NCBI RefSeq assembly: GCF_001194135.2
Contig: NC_068983.1
Location: 127,412,470-127,476,469, forward strand
Length of the DNA: 64,000 nt
Direction of reading: 5' to 3'
DNA from: Octopus bimaculoides
Lineage: Eukaryota
Made by a program: the position numbers and the translations under genes. The first letter of the stretch is position 1; each line of letters starts with the position of its first letter. The notes below the pieces were generated by a model, which did no database searches, had not been told where the DNA came from, and worked only from the letters and a program-made list of their open reading frames with translations. This document shows, piece after piece, positions 13,971-24,608 of the stretch.

Positions 13971-15208
13971 CATCCCGTAAATAATGCGCTTTTGTCATTT
14001 ACATGGACTAAAATTCAGTGGGGGACGGGATAAACTAACTGCATCAACTTGCTATACAAGGAGGTAATAATTTTATTTTGTACCTATACTTAGTGCAAAT
14101 TTTCAAGAGTGCAGTTCCATTTTAACAGTTATTTTTTCAAAGCTATAATGTAAATGACAAAGGAGCATATTCGGTTTCTTTTGCTTTATGAGTTCAATAA
14201 AAGTAACAACGCATCAAAAAGTGCGGGGAATATTAATGCATTACATGGGGAACGGACAATCAACGTAAGCCAAAGTGAGCAGTGGTTCCAGAAAATATGA
14301 GCCGGAAACTACAGCCTAGAAGACGAGCATCGTCCTGGATGATCTCTAGGATTCGACAAGGACCCTGGTGGAACAAATCGGATGTAACTCTTGAGAAACT
14401 AGCAGAGAAGCTCGGATTTGGTCATTCAACCATTCATCGACAACAGTGTGACACCAGAAAATCAGAAAATTGGATCAATACGAGACTCACAAACTTGCCG
14501 AGTATAATGAAGCTTAGAGAGTGAATGTGTTCTCTTCTTTGTTGTCACGTCTCACAAATGAGCCTTTTCTGGACCCAATAGTGACTGGCGACGAGAAATG
14601 GGTTCTCTGTGTAAATGTCAAGCGCCGGAGGCAGTGGGTAGGGAGAGGGGAAACATCAGCTCTCCAGTGTAAAGAAATTCTTCGCACATGCACGGTGTTG
14701 TCATCTGTTTGGTGGGAGATGAAGGGTTTAGTCCACTTTGAATTTTTAAGCTCAAACCATACGATAACGAAGGAGATTTACTGCTCAAGGGAGCGCTAGA
14801 AATAAAACGACCAACTTTGGGTTCAAAACAAGTTGTGTTCTTCCATCAGGATAATGCTCGCTCACATAGATCGAGAAAAATATTCCAAAGGCTGGAACAG
14901 TTTGAATAGGAAGCGATACCCCACCCATATTCGCCAGACATTGCCACGTCTGATATTTATGTGTTCCACAGTCTTGAAATTCATTTGGACGGAAACAATA
15001 TGAATTCCGTAGACGAGTTAAGAATAGTACTAGAGGAGTACTTTTTGATAACGAGAAATGAATTTAGAAAGAGTAGCCTTACCAGATCGTTGGAAGACCA
15101 TTGCAGAAAATGAAGGAGATTATATTTTACATTGCAAAAGAACTTTGTTTATCTTAATTTAAAAAAATAAGAAAAAAAGTATAAAAAACCGCATTATCTA
15201 CGGGATGA
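13971..15208 (+). mobile_element. Mariner (Tc1/mariner, D,D34D-type) element, near full length and defective
   Basis: TIR core catcccgtaaataatgcg (13971) / cgcattatctacgggatg (~15190-15207). Translation gives KEHIRFLLLYEFNK, LAEKLGFGHSTIHR, IVTGDEKWVLCVNVKRRRQWV, FFHQDNARSH and HPYSPDIATSD; ~1.25 kb; stops and frameshifts. Confidence 0.95.
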
Positions 15209-15231
15209 CCCGCGATAGGTATATGCGTGCA

Positions 15232-15387
15232 TGGCTGTGTGGTAAGATGGTTGCTTCCCTACGATATGGTCTCGAGTTCAGTCCCACAGCGTGGCACCTT
15301 GGTCAGGTGCTTTTTATTATAGCCTCAGGTAGGCCAAAGCTTTGTGAGTGGATATGGTAAAATGAAGCACAAATAATCCCATCGTAT
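15232..15387 (+). mobile_element. SINE S1, diverged 5' half
   Basis: ggctgtgtggtaag...gttcagtcccacagcgtggcaccttgg...ccaaagctttgtgagtggat. Confidence 0.85.
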
Positions 15388-15443
15388 ACGGATGCATATA
15401 TATATATATTTGAAGATAAGCAACAAAAAATCAATTGGTTATA

Positions 15444-15495
15444 GCAGTACGTACGTTTCGTACAAGCTCTATTTATTCATGTACTCCTCAGCTGC
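15444..15495 (-). ncRNA. Intact minimal type I hammerhead ribozyme
   Basis: Minus strand: gcag-CTGAGGA-gtaca(tgaataaatagagct)tgtac-GAAA-cgtacg-TA-ctgc. Full CUGANGA/GAAA core, G10.1:C11.1, 5-bp stem II, palindromic stem III acgtacgt, GUA cleavage triplet (cut between 15448 and 15447). Confidence 0.85.
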
Positions 15496-15549
15496 ATAAT
15501 GGAATTTCATTTTAGAAAGTCATTTTGATGATGTTTGCAAAAAATAAGA

Positions 15550-15600
15550 GTAAGAGAAGAAAACATACCATAGTCGAGATGGTATGTTTTCTTCTCTTAC
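15550..15600. repeat. Perfect 22-bp stem hairpin with 7-nt loop
   Basis: gtaagagaagaaaacataccat-agtcgag-atggtatgttttcttctcttac. Confidence 0.95.
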
Positions 15601-16489
15601 ATTTTCATTGTACATTCTGTGGTGTTCTCACTACATGAATAAATGGAGATTGTACGAAACGTACGTACTGCTATAACCTATTGAATTTTTGTTGCTTACC
15701 TTCGAATTGTATTCACCAAATCTCTTGATTTTGTTTTTGGTTTTTATCCTACCAAATTCTGGTGCCTCAAACATTTTAAGTACCACATTTAATCTTTTGA
15801 TTAAATCTATATCATTATATATATATACGCGTGTATANNNNNNNNNNNNNNNNNNNNNNNNNNNNNNNNNNNNNNNNNNNNNNNNNNNNNNNNNNNNNNN
15901 NNNNNNNNNNNNNNNNNNNNNNNNNNNNNNNNNNNNNNNNNNNNNNNNNNNNNNNNNNNNNNNNNNNNNNNNNNNNNNNNNNNNNNNNNNNNNNNNNNNN
16001 NNNNNNNNNNNNNNNNNNNNNNNNNNNNNNNNNNNNNNNNNNNNNNNNNNNNNNNNNNNNNNNNNNNNNNNNNNNNNNNNNNNNNNNNNNNNNNNNNNNN
16101 NNNNNNNNNNNNNNNNNNNNNNNNNNNNNNNNNNNNNNNNNNNNNNNNNNNNNNNNNNNNTATATATATATATATATATGTGTATATATATATATATCCA
16201 TATAAATATATATCCATACATATACTGTTGTGTCTGGATAGATTCATCTTTATTGTGCCTTATAATTTAACACACACACCGGTAAAACTTAGGAAAAAGA
16301 AAAATAAGGAATTAGTGGAAATTTTATCGGTGAATGTGTTAAATCATAAGGCACAAAAAGATAATGAGTGGAACTAGAAAATGTGGAACTAGTTTTATTT
16401 TCTAATGAAACCTGATCGTTTTAGTGAAGTGTATTTGAAATAACAATAACTGGTTATTGAGATAACAGAGAAATTATGTAAATGCTTGA

Positions 16490-16640
16490 GCGGTATTTTG
16501 CTGGTTCAAATGCCGCTGCGGACAACTTTGCATTTCATCATTTCGTAGTCGACAAATTAAGTACCACTGAGACACTGGGGTCGATTTTATCGACTTGTCT
16601 CCTTCCGCGAAATTTCAGGCCTTGTGACTATAGTAGATAT
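16490..16640 (+). mobile_element. SINE S2 fragment
   Basis: ttcaaatgccgctgcggacaactttgcatttcatcatttcgtagtcgacaaattaagtacc...ctggggtcgattttatcgact...ggccttgtg. Confidence 0.78.
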
Positions 16641-17039
16641 GATCTTATTGTTCTGGTCCTAAGATAAGCTGGTTAAAATAGAAGTCATATGGCAACACCC
16701 TTTTGTTTTATAATTAGCCATCCTGTTACAGGTTCAATCCGAGGAATATTGAAATAATACCCATCTCGTCCATTCCACAGAATAAGATTATACTGTAGAA
16801 TATCATAAGAGGGATGATTCTGTGAAACACGTTTAAGGTTGTTATCTCGAACACGAATGAGGTTATCATGATTTTCATGGGAAACACCAACCGTAAGGAT
16901 GGCTACTTCATTAGTCCTTATTAAAGCAGCGTAAAATGCCCTTTACTATGGTTTACTATAGACGTCACGAACGCAGAAACACACACACTCATGTAATTAA
17001 TAATATTAAAAACAGCAAAACGTAAACATACAAAGTTCA

Positions 17040-17215
17040 AGCGAAACTAAATGTAGTCAATATAAGTGTCAAACGTACTTTTTGTAGCTATAAAATATGG
17101 AAAGTCACTAACTTAGCAAAAGTTAGTATGTGTCACCAATGTAAGAAAGTACAGAAAGTCAACATTTGTTTGGAACATGTAGTAAATCTTATAAAATTCA
17201 CGATTGAATGCATAT
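17040..17215 (+). pseudogene. Possible piggyBac-type C-terminal Cys-rich domain remnant
   Basis: In-frame KRTFCSYKIWKVTNLAKVSMCHQCKKVQKVNICLEHVV resembles the C..CxxC..CxEH domain. No catalytic core or TTAA-flanked TIRs seen. Confidence 0.35.
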
Positions 17216-17329
17216 CACGGTGAAGAAAGTGAAAGTCCAAGCAAATTCAGAAGGCATAATTCAGTTTACATAAAAAAAAAAACACAACTTTATTTTATAA
17301 TTTTGAAACGAATGCTGAACAAATAGAAT

Positions 17330-18020
17330 AAAAATAGAGATGCTGTTTTTGAACTGTGTAACATTATAGGCTGGTTAACGCAGTAAAAAAGATGTACGAC
17401 GTTGATACTCAGGGTGATGAAGAATACAAGGACTGTTAAAACAACATTATCTTGAAACTAGTTAGAAGGAGTGGAATAACATGTCTGTAATTATATTGAA
17501 AAGCCGCTAAAGCTTTCTACTTCACCAAGTTTCCGAATCTGTTATAAGAACCAGAAGAAAATTTTATTTTTCAGATATATTTGCGAGTATTGTGAGTGGT
17601 GTTAAATCAGGCAAATCTTCATGTTGCTGGTACTTGAAAGTGAGCATTGTCGTTCGTTTAGATGCGTGTGTGTGGGTGTGTGTGTGTGTGCCAGTCGTCA
17701 CAAAAATGTAGGCCTAACGTAGGTAACGAAAGTGAAAATACACGCATATAGAAAATGTGATGTCATCGTCACTATGGTGGCGATATAAAATATTGATAGG
17801 TGACTAAAAGAAAAATGATAATGTAATTTTTTTATAATGCAAATATGAATGAAAATATAGGTTAGTTGGCAGCCCAAACCTTATTGTATATTTTGATACC
17901 CCTTACGTGAAAATCATCAAATCGGTTTTGGAATGCATAAGGAACATACACACGCATGAACACACACACACACACACACATACAAACTTTATTTAGTATA
18001 TATATATATATATATATATA
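17330..18020 (+). mobile_element. Helitron/Helentron-like remnant
   Basis: aaatcaggcaaatcttcatgttgctggt resembles the helicase motif KSQGQSLxVAG (frameshifted). The 3' part gtgaaaatcatcaaatcggttttggaatgcataaggaacatacacac...aactttatttagtata resembles non-autonomous Helitron-type ends. Confidence 0.4.
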
Positions 18021-18345
18021 TAGTGAAGTATATCTGCCACTTAAATGTGGCTGATCCCGAGGAGTGGATGTTACTGTTGCTTTTAGCCCCAGGAGGACAT
18101 CTCCTCCAGCTGGCTATCGACACACATCTGTGTCCTGACTGTATTTACCAAGGGAAGTTATCTTTCCCATCTTGATCTGCGATACGTACGTACCCGAGTT
18201 TCAGGGTTATTTCCCTTCTTCAGCGTACGACAATCGCCGACCTTCGATGCAAAAGACATCCCTTGGCAAATATATGTAACTTTCTCCAGTGAAATTATTC
18301 ACTCATACCGAAAAAGTGGCTATCGAACGCCGACGAAGGGAAATA
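18020..18345. mobile_element. Hammerhead-bearing repeat between (TA)n tracts (Penelope-like terminal repeat / retrozyme-like)
   Basis: GC-richer block with a complete hammerhead on the minus strand and the start of an inverted second copy (acg-ccgacga-agggaaata, 18327-18345) cut by (TA)n and a gap. Confidence 0.7.
18185..18229 (-). ncRNA. Intact minimal type I hammerhead ribozyme
   Basis: Minus strand: cgtacg-CTGAAGA-aggg(aaataa)ccct-GAAA-ctcggg-TA-cgtacg. 6-bp stem I, 4-bp stem II, self-complementary stem III ACUCGGGU (with G:U pairs), GUA triplet (cut between 18191 and 18190). Confidence 0.88.
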
Positions 18346-19654
18346 TATATATNNNNNNNNNNNNNNNNNNNNNNNNNNNNNNNNNNNNNNNNNNNNNNNN
18401 NNNNNNNNNNNNNNNNNNNNNNNNNNNNNNNNNNNNNNNNNNNNNNNNNNNNNNNNNNNNNNNNNNNNNNNNNNNNNNNNNNNNNNNNNNNNNNNNNNNN
18501 NNNNNNNNNNNNNNNNNNNNNNNNNNNNNNNNNNNNNNNNNNNNNNNNNNNNNNNNNNNNTATATATATATATATATATATATTTACATTTATATAGACA
18601 TGCATTTAAAAAATATGGTTTAGCTTATGTTTAGTAATGTGTGTGTATGGATATGTTCCATCAATATCCTTTCCATTGCCTCATGTTTTGCTTTTAAACA
18701 TTTTTCGATTTCTCTTTTAAAAGAGAACTCGATAAAAGAGAAATGTTTAATTCCCGGTAAGTGTTTGGTCAATCAAGTATATATATATATATATATACAC
18801 ACAATTTGCTGCCACGTGGTGAAGAGATCAACAGATGTAATGTATCCAGTGAGAGATGAATATCAATTAATGTACACAATATAAACATACGCCCTTGTTA
18901 TAATTTCTTACTTTGGAGACACGTGTCTAGACAACCACATGATACATAGATAGATTGAGAGAGAGAGAGACAGTCACACAGAGGGAGAGCGATATGAGAG
19001 AGTGAGAGAGAGGGCATGAGAGACAGAAAGAGAAGTAGGGAAAGAGTCAGATAGATACATAAAGACATAGATATATAGATGCATAGACATACACGCCTTC
19101 TATGTATAAATATTTAAGTGATATGTAAAATTATTGTTGTGCCATTCCATATATATTGATGTTTTCCAATTGCATGTACTAAAAGTCGGAGGGAATAGGG
19201 ATAAACTACATGCATGAACTTGCTATAAATGCAGGTCGTAATTTTACCTTGTACTTATTTTTAGTGCAAGCTTCGAAGAGTGCAGTTCTATCGTAGCAGT
19301 CATTTTTTCAAAGCTATAATGGAAGTGAGAAAGGGGCACATTCGGTATATTTTGCATTGTGAGTTCAATAAAGGCAACAACGGAAAGTAGTGCGATGGAT
19401 ATCAATGCACTATATGGGGATTGGACAATAAGCGCAAGACAGTATAAACAGTGGTTCCATAAATTATGAGCCGGAACCTACAGCAGAGAACACGAGCCTC
19501 GACCTGGATGATCTGAAGAGCTCGACGAGGACGTCCTGCAAACCCTGGTGTAGCAAAAGTTGTTGACAAACTAACAGAGAAGATTAGATTTGGTCATTGA
19601 ACAATTCACAATTCATCGACAACTACGTGCTATTTGGAAAACGAGTATCTTTGG

Positions 19655-19914
19655 TTTGAAGATGACGAAAGCTACATTATTTACGTTATCTTCATTGGAC
19701 AGATATTTGTCTTCATCTTGTTTTTTGATAACAAAAAATTGTTTCGGCTGATATATCCTCCAGTATTGTTCTGGTGTCTTGGGAAATATCCTAAGATATT
19801 TTTCGATGTTATTATCATTATTATTCATGTTGTTCTTGTTCAGGTCACTGCTTGGATTCGAACTCCGAATTTTGGGGTTCGTAGCCCGTGCTCTTAACCT
19901 CTACGCAATATGCC
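19655..19914 (-). mobile_element. tRNA-Arg-like SINE (family S3) with a decayed hammerhead in its body
   Basis: Reverse complement: ttgcgtagaggttaagagcacgggctACGaaccccaaaattcggagttcgaatcc (A box, ACG anticodon arm, B box), then AAT-rich linker, then cccaagacac-cagaaca-atactggaggatatatcagcc-gaaac. Confidence 0.75.
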
Positions 19915-19990
19915 CGTGGGTAATTATGGAGTGAATTTTAGGGCTTATAAATCTAATATAAATCTTATAAATGTAAGTGGCTTATAAATC

Positions 19991-20096
19991 TAAGTGGTTA
20001 AGAGCGTGGGCTACTAACACCAAGATTCCGAGTTCAATTCCAAGCAGTGACCTGAAGAAGAAGAAGAAGCACAACAACAACAACAAAAACAACAAC

Positions 20097-20147
<51 letters not shown>

Positions 20148-20665
20148 CTTTCAAAATACAAAGACCTGGAAATAGAGATAACTCGAATGTGGAATCTAAA
20201 AACAGAAACAATTCCTATCATAGTAGGTGCCTTAGGTATGATAAAAAAATATTCAGACAAATACATAACAAAAACACCAGGACTTACAAATATATATAAC
20301 ATACAGAAAATTGCACTACTGGGTACTGCACACATTCTACGCAAAACACTTTCAATACAGTAAACATAAGAGCACCACAGCAAACCACAGCACATACCCA
20401 AGGCGCACAGAGCTGCGCTCGGTAGTGAAGTGAAAGCATGTTATAAAAATAAAACTACTGAACAATAATAATAATAATAATAATAATAACATCGAAAAAT
20501 ACCTTAAGAGAACCCATTTTCGAAATTTTCCCAAGAATGCTTGAGGGTATATCAGCCGAAACGTTGTGTTAACAAAAAAAAAAAAGAAAGCAAAACAAGA
20601 TGAGGACAAATATCTGTCGAATGTAATTAATGTACGTAATTCTGCATCTCTTAAATATAGAAGTG
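19991..20665 (+). mobile_element. Second S3 SINE copy, inverted relative to the first and interrupted by an R4/Dong 3' end
   Basis: agtggttaagagcgtgggctactaacaccaagattccgagttcaattccaagcagtgacctgaa...(AAT)n...catcgaaaaatacctta...gagggtatatcagccgaaacgttgtgttaac...aaacaagatgaggacaaatatctgtc. Confidence 0.78.
20147..20460 (+). mobile_element. R4/Dong subfamily A 3' end inserted in (AAT)n
   Basis: KLSKYKDLEIEITRMWNLKTETIPIIVGALGMIKK...IQKIALLGTAHILRKTLSIQ* plus 3' UTR; (AAT)n on both sides. Confidence 0.93.
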
Positions 20666-21075
20666 AATGACAAATGTTGTTCTTGTATCAGCATAAGCAG
20701 CAAGGATGACGTTTCAAAGGCTGGATCAGTTTGAATGGGAAAGGACGCCTCATCTGATTATTATTTATTCTGCTCTCTTCAAAATCATTTGAACAGAAAA
20801 GTTATGAATTCTGTAGACGAGGTCAGAACAGTGCTGGAACAGTATTTTTCGTCATGAATAAGTGAATTCCCGGATGATGGACCTTGGAAGTATACCAGAT
20901 AAACGGCAGAGCATTGTAGAAAATGTAGTTGAGTATGTTTTAGATTAAGGACGAACTTTGTTTATGTTAATTTTAAAAAAATAAAAGAAGTATTAAAAAA
21001 CTTGCATTATTTATGGGATGTGCCAATAACCACGTGTGTTTTTGTGTGCGCGTGCATGTCTGTGTGTGTTTCTGT

Positions 21076-21114
<39 letters not shown>

Positions 21115-21479
21115 CAGAGAATGAGAGCGTGATTTATATACATACATATTTAGTTATGTTGCAGTACGTACGCACGTAAATACAGATATGTGTATATATA
21201 TGAGAACCGGCATTGAATATGAAAGGGCTCTAGCGAAGCAGAGGGTAATCAAAAGTTCAAACAGAATCCGAAAGTGTTCCATTCATTTTCCCATAACCAT
21301 AGCACCGTTGTTACACCGGATGATCTACTGATTGGTGATAACAGCAGTCTCTAGCATGCTTGCAGGAGTACTGCAGAAGCAATACTGCTTTGTCTTTAGT
21401 GAACCCACTGATATTGGCGCGAGGGAGGTGAACGAGGTCGATCCTCAACATACAATGACGGGCATAAGCTTTACTGCTT

Positions 21480-22605
21480 GAGATATCATAGCAGTATTAA
21501 ATGAATTCAAATACTATTCTCTTGTAAGCCCTGATAGACTCGCCCGCTAGTCTCCTGAAGGAAAGTAGACACAAACTTGCAGTCCTTCCAGACAGCCCCT
21601 GGAGTAATTCTTTAGACTCTGGTTATATACAAAAACAGCTCATATCCCACTTAGTCATCCTGGTCTTGAACCTGCTTCAGTTTACAGTTTATGAAAAATA
21701 CCTTTCCAGGATTATAAAATAGATCAAAGTGAAAATATGCACTGATGAGTACAAGGTCCAGAAAATTATCAATGGAGAGGAGTGAACTCCTGGCAAAAAC
21801 ATGCAATAAAATGAGGTAAAATTTGAACTGATGCATTTTGGAAGAAAGACTATGCTAAAACACACCCTCTTCCTTCAGGGGAACTGTCTCATAATATCAG
21901 AGACCTAGAAGTAGTTGTTCACAAAAGTTCCAGCTGGAGTGCCTACATCAACAACGAGGTCGATATAGTTAGCAGGATGAGCTCCAGGATCCTAAGACCT
22001 ACCCTGCTCTGAGAACAAGGTGTCATCATTCCTCTATCCTCGTCTTTTGAACGGCCACATCTCGAATACTGCTGTACCCCGAGGTACCTCCATACAAAAC
22101 AGAACATTTCGAAAATTGACTCACCCCACATTACATTCACTAAAAGATTTAAGAGAAAGACTGATCTCCAGTTTTGATACAACCTTAACACATTGAATCT
22201 CTATCCCCACCCCCCATCACCGCCGTGAGCGATACCTCATTTGCACAACGTGGTAAATGTACCACGAGCATTGCACAAATGACTTTTTCATTAGTTTCAG
22301 AAATCATTCAAAGCTGGGACCACTAGCCAGACGCCACTACACAAATACACTGCAGCAGTTTCTTTTCCTCAACAGGCCCTGTCCTATTTAAAATTGTCCC
22401 GAAAGAGATCCTTTAAATGGAATATGGACAAATTCCTTCAAGGAATACCAGATAATCCGGATATACCTAGATTCAACTCACCGAACAAGAACTCCATATT
22501 CGAATGGGCAATGATAACATTGAAAAGAACTAAGTTAAATATATCAAAAGGTGCTGTTATGTTGCTCGTGGCCTGGAACAAAGTTTGGTCGAAATATATG
22601 TAAGT
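21480..22605 (+). mobile_element. CR1-clade LINE, decayed RT and 3' end
   Basis: Fragments KFELMHFG, DLEVVVHKSSSWSAYIN, SRMSSRILR, RPHLEYCC and FKWNMDKFLQGIPDNP; heavily frameshifted. Confidence 0.75.
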
Positions 22606-22663
22606 TACACACACAAAAGAACACAAAACACACACGCACACACACACACGTACGCAGGCACAC

Positions 22664-22800
22664 ACGCACTCATCCTTTTTCGGGTCCAGCCTCACTGAGT
22701 GTCACCTTTAACAGGTGTCTTCTACTCTGGCCTCGAGATTACCAAAGCCGTGTCCGTTGATATATTGACGGAAACTGAATGAGACCTGTCGCATTCATCT
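22664..22800 (+). repeat. Diverged S1-derived segment, copy 1 of a local direct duplication
   Basis: 137 bp; 6 mismatches to 24082-24218. Confidence 0.9.
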
Positions 22801-22949
22801 ATCTATCTCCCTCTCTCTGTCTCTCTCCCTCCCTCTCTCTCTCTCCAACTCTCTCTGCCCCTCTCTCTCTCTCTGTCTCTCTGTCTCTCTCTCGACCAAT
22901 CTCACACACACGCATGTATATAAATGTTTATACAGGTGCAGTGTAGCCC

Positions 22950-23054
22950 GCAGCTATATTAGAAGACAGTTGGCCAAGGTGCCACGCAGTGAGAATGGAC
23001 CCGAACCATGTGGTTGGTAAGCAAGCTACTTACCACACAGCCACTCGTGCGCCC
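22950..23054 (-). mobile_element. SINE S1 5' part
   Basis: Reverse complement gggcgcacgagtggctgtgtggtaagtagcttgcttaccaaccacatggttc...gcgtggcaccttggcc. Confidence 0.88.
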
Positions 23055-24081
23055 ATATATATATATATATATATATATANNNNNNNNNNNNNNNNNNNNN
23101 NNNNNNNNNNNNNNNNNNNNNNNNNNNNNNNNNNNNNNNNNNNNNNNNNNNNNNNNNNNNNNNNNNNNNNNNNNNNNNNNNNNNNNNNNNNNNNNNNNNN
23201 NNNNNNNNNNNNNNNNNNNNNNNNNNNNNNNNNNNNNNNNNNNNNNNNNNNNNNNNNNNNNNNNNNNNNNNNNNNNNNNNNNNNNNNNNNNNNNNNNNNN
23301 NNNNNNNNNNNNNNNNNNNNNNNNNNNNNNNNNNNNNNNNNNNNNNNNNNNNNNNNNNNNNNNNNNNNNNNNNNNNNNNNNNNNNNNNNNNNNNNNNNNN
23401 NNNNNNNNNNNNNNNNNNNNNNNNNNNNNNNNNNNNNNNNNNNNNNNNNNNNNNNNNNNNNNNNNNNNNNNNNNNNNNNNNNNNNNNNNNNNNNNNNNNN
23501 NNNNNNNNNNNNNNNNNNNNNNNNNNNNNNNNNNNNNNNNNNNNNNNNNNNNNNNNNNNNNNNNNNNNNNNNNNNNNNNNNNNNNNNNNNNNNNNNNNNN
23601 NNNNNNNNNNNNNNNNNNNNNNNNNNNNNNNNNNNNNNNNNNNNNNNNNNNNNNNNNNNNNNNNNNNNNNNNNNNNNNNNNNNNNNNNNNNNNNNNNNNN
23701 NNNNNNNNNNNNNNNNNNNNNNNNNNNNNNNNNNNNNNNNNNNNNNNNNNNNNNNNNNNNNNNNNNNNNNNNNNNNNNNNNNNNNNNNNNNNNNNNNNNN
23801 NNNNNNNNNNNNNNNNNNNNNNNNNNNNNNNNNNNNNNNNNNNNNNNNNNNNNNNNNNNNNNNNNNNNNNNNNTATATATATATATATGGTGGTTGTCTA
23901 CTCCTTACACAGAGTTTGACCACCTCCTGCACCTACACCTCAGCCCGTTCATGGCGTCTGATGTGGCTTTTTAAACCAGACAGTGTTTTGAAAAGACACC
24001 CACACAAATTACACATCTGCTTTGCACTACCAATACCTGCAAGTAAGTTCTGCTCACTGTGGATCACGCACGCACGCTTAA

Positions 24082-24218
24082 ACGCACTCATCCTTTTTCT
24101 GGTCCAGCCTCACTGAGTGTCACCTTTAACAGGTGTCTTCTACTATGACCTCGAGATTACCAAAGCCGTGTCCGTTGATATGTTAACGGAAACTGAATGA
24201 GACTTGTCGCATTCATCT
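24082..24218 (+). repeat. Diverged S1-derived segment, copy 2
   Basis: Near-identical to 22664-22800. Confidence 0.9.
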
Positions 24219-24238
24219 GTCTCTCTCCCTCTCTCTCA

Positions 24239-24494
24239 GATTAATTGTTTGAGTATACTTGTTAAATTGGAGTAGATGGAACAAGGACAACTGATGAATA
24301 GAAATATTCTTTATGTTGCATGTCCTGTCTCTCTGTTTTTTTCGTTCCTAAAAAGTTCGTTATCTGTTTTCGTTTCTCATTGTGTTTAACGTTTTTTGTG
24401 ATATCCTGAACCCATATATGCATGTATATATACATATAGATGTAGGTACGTACATATATGTATGGATATATGCATATATTTATATATTATTTAT

Positions 24495-24528
<34 letters not shown>

Positions 24529-24563
24529 NNNNNNNNNNNNNNNNNNNNNNNNNNNNNNNNNNN

Positions 24564-24608
<45 letters not shown>

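Larger units (their letters stand above)
15409..15706. mobile_element. Small palindromic element: 75-bp inverted arms (15409-15483 / 15632-15706) around a perfect central hairpin
   Basis: gcaacaaaaaatcaattggttatagcagtacgtacgtttcgtacaagctctatttattcatgta versus its reverse complement at the right end; the arms contain a hammerhead motif. Confidence 0.88.
19132..21028 (+). mobile_element. Second copy of the 13971 mariner family, internally deleted and split by nested insertions
   Basis: 5' part 19132-~19650 (KGAHIR..FNKGN.. homology) and 3' part ~20680-21028 ending aaaaaacttgcattatttatgggatgtgccaata (TIR). Confidence 0.85.

Noticed and set aside
19840-19914. tRNA-Arg(ACG) gene
   Set aside because: No acceptor-stem pairing evident and it runs directly into a repeat body; it is a SINE head.
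21749-21775. ctgatgagtacaaggtccagaaa hammerhead-like string
   Set aside because: No stem II pairing; lies inside the CR1 RT remnant.
22989-24116. 375-aa ORF and other long X-filled ORFs (15631, 31816, 42399, 50158, 57253, 62501)
   Set aside because: Their length comes from N-gaps, which contain no stop codons.
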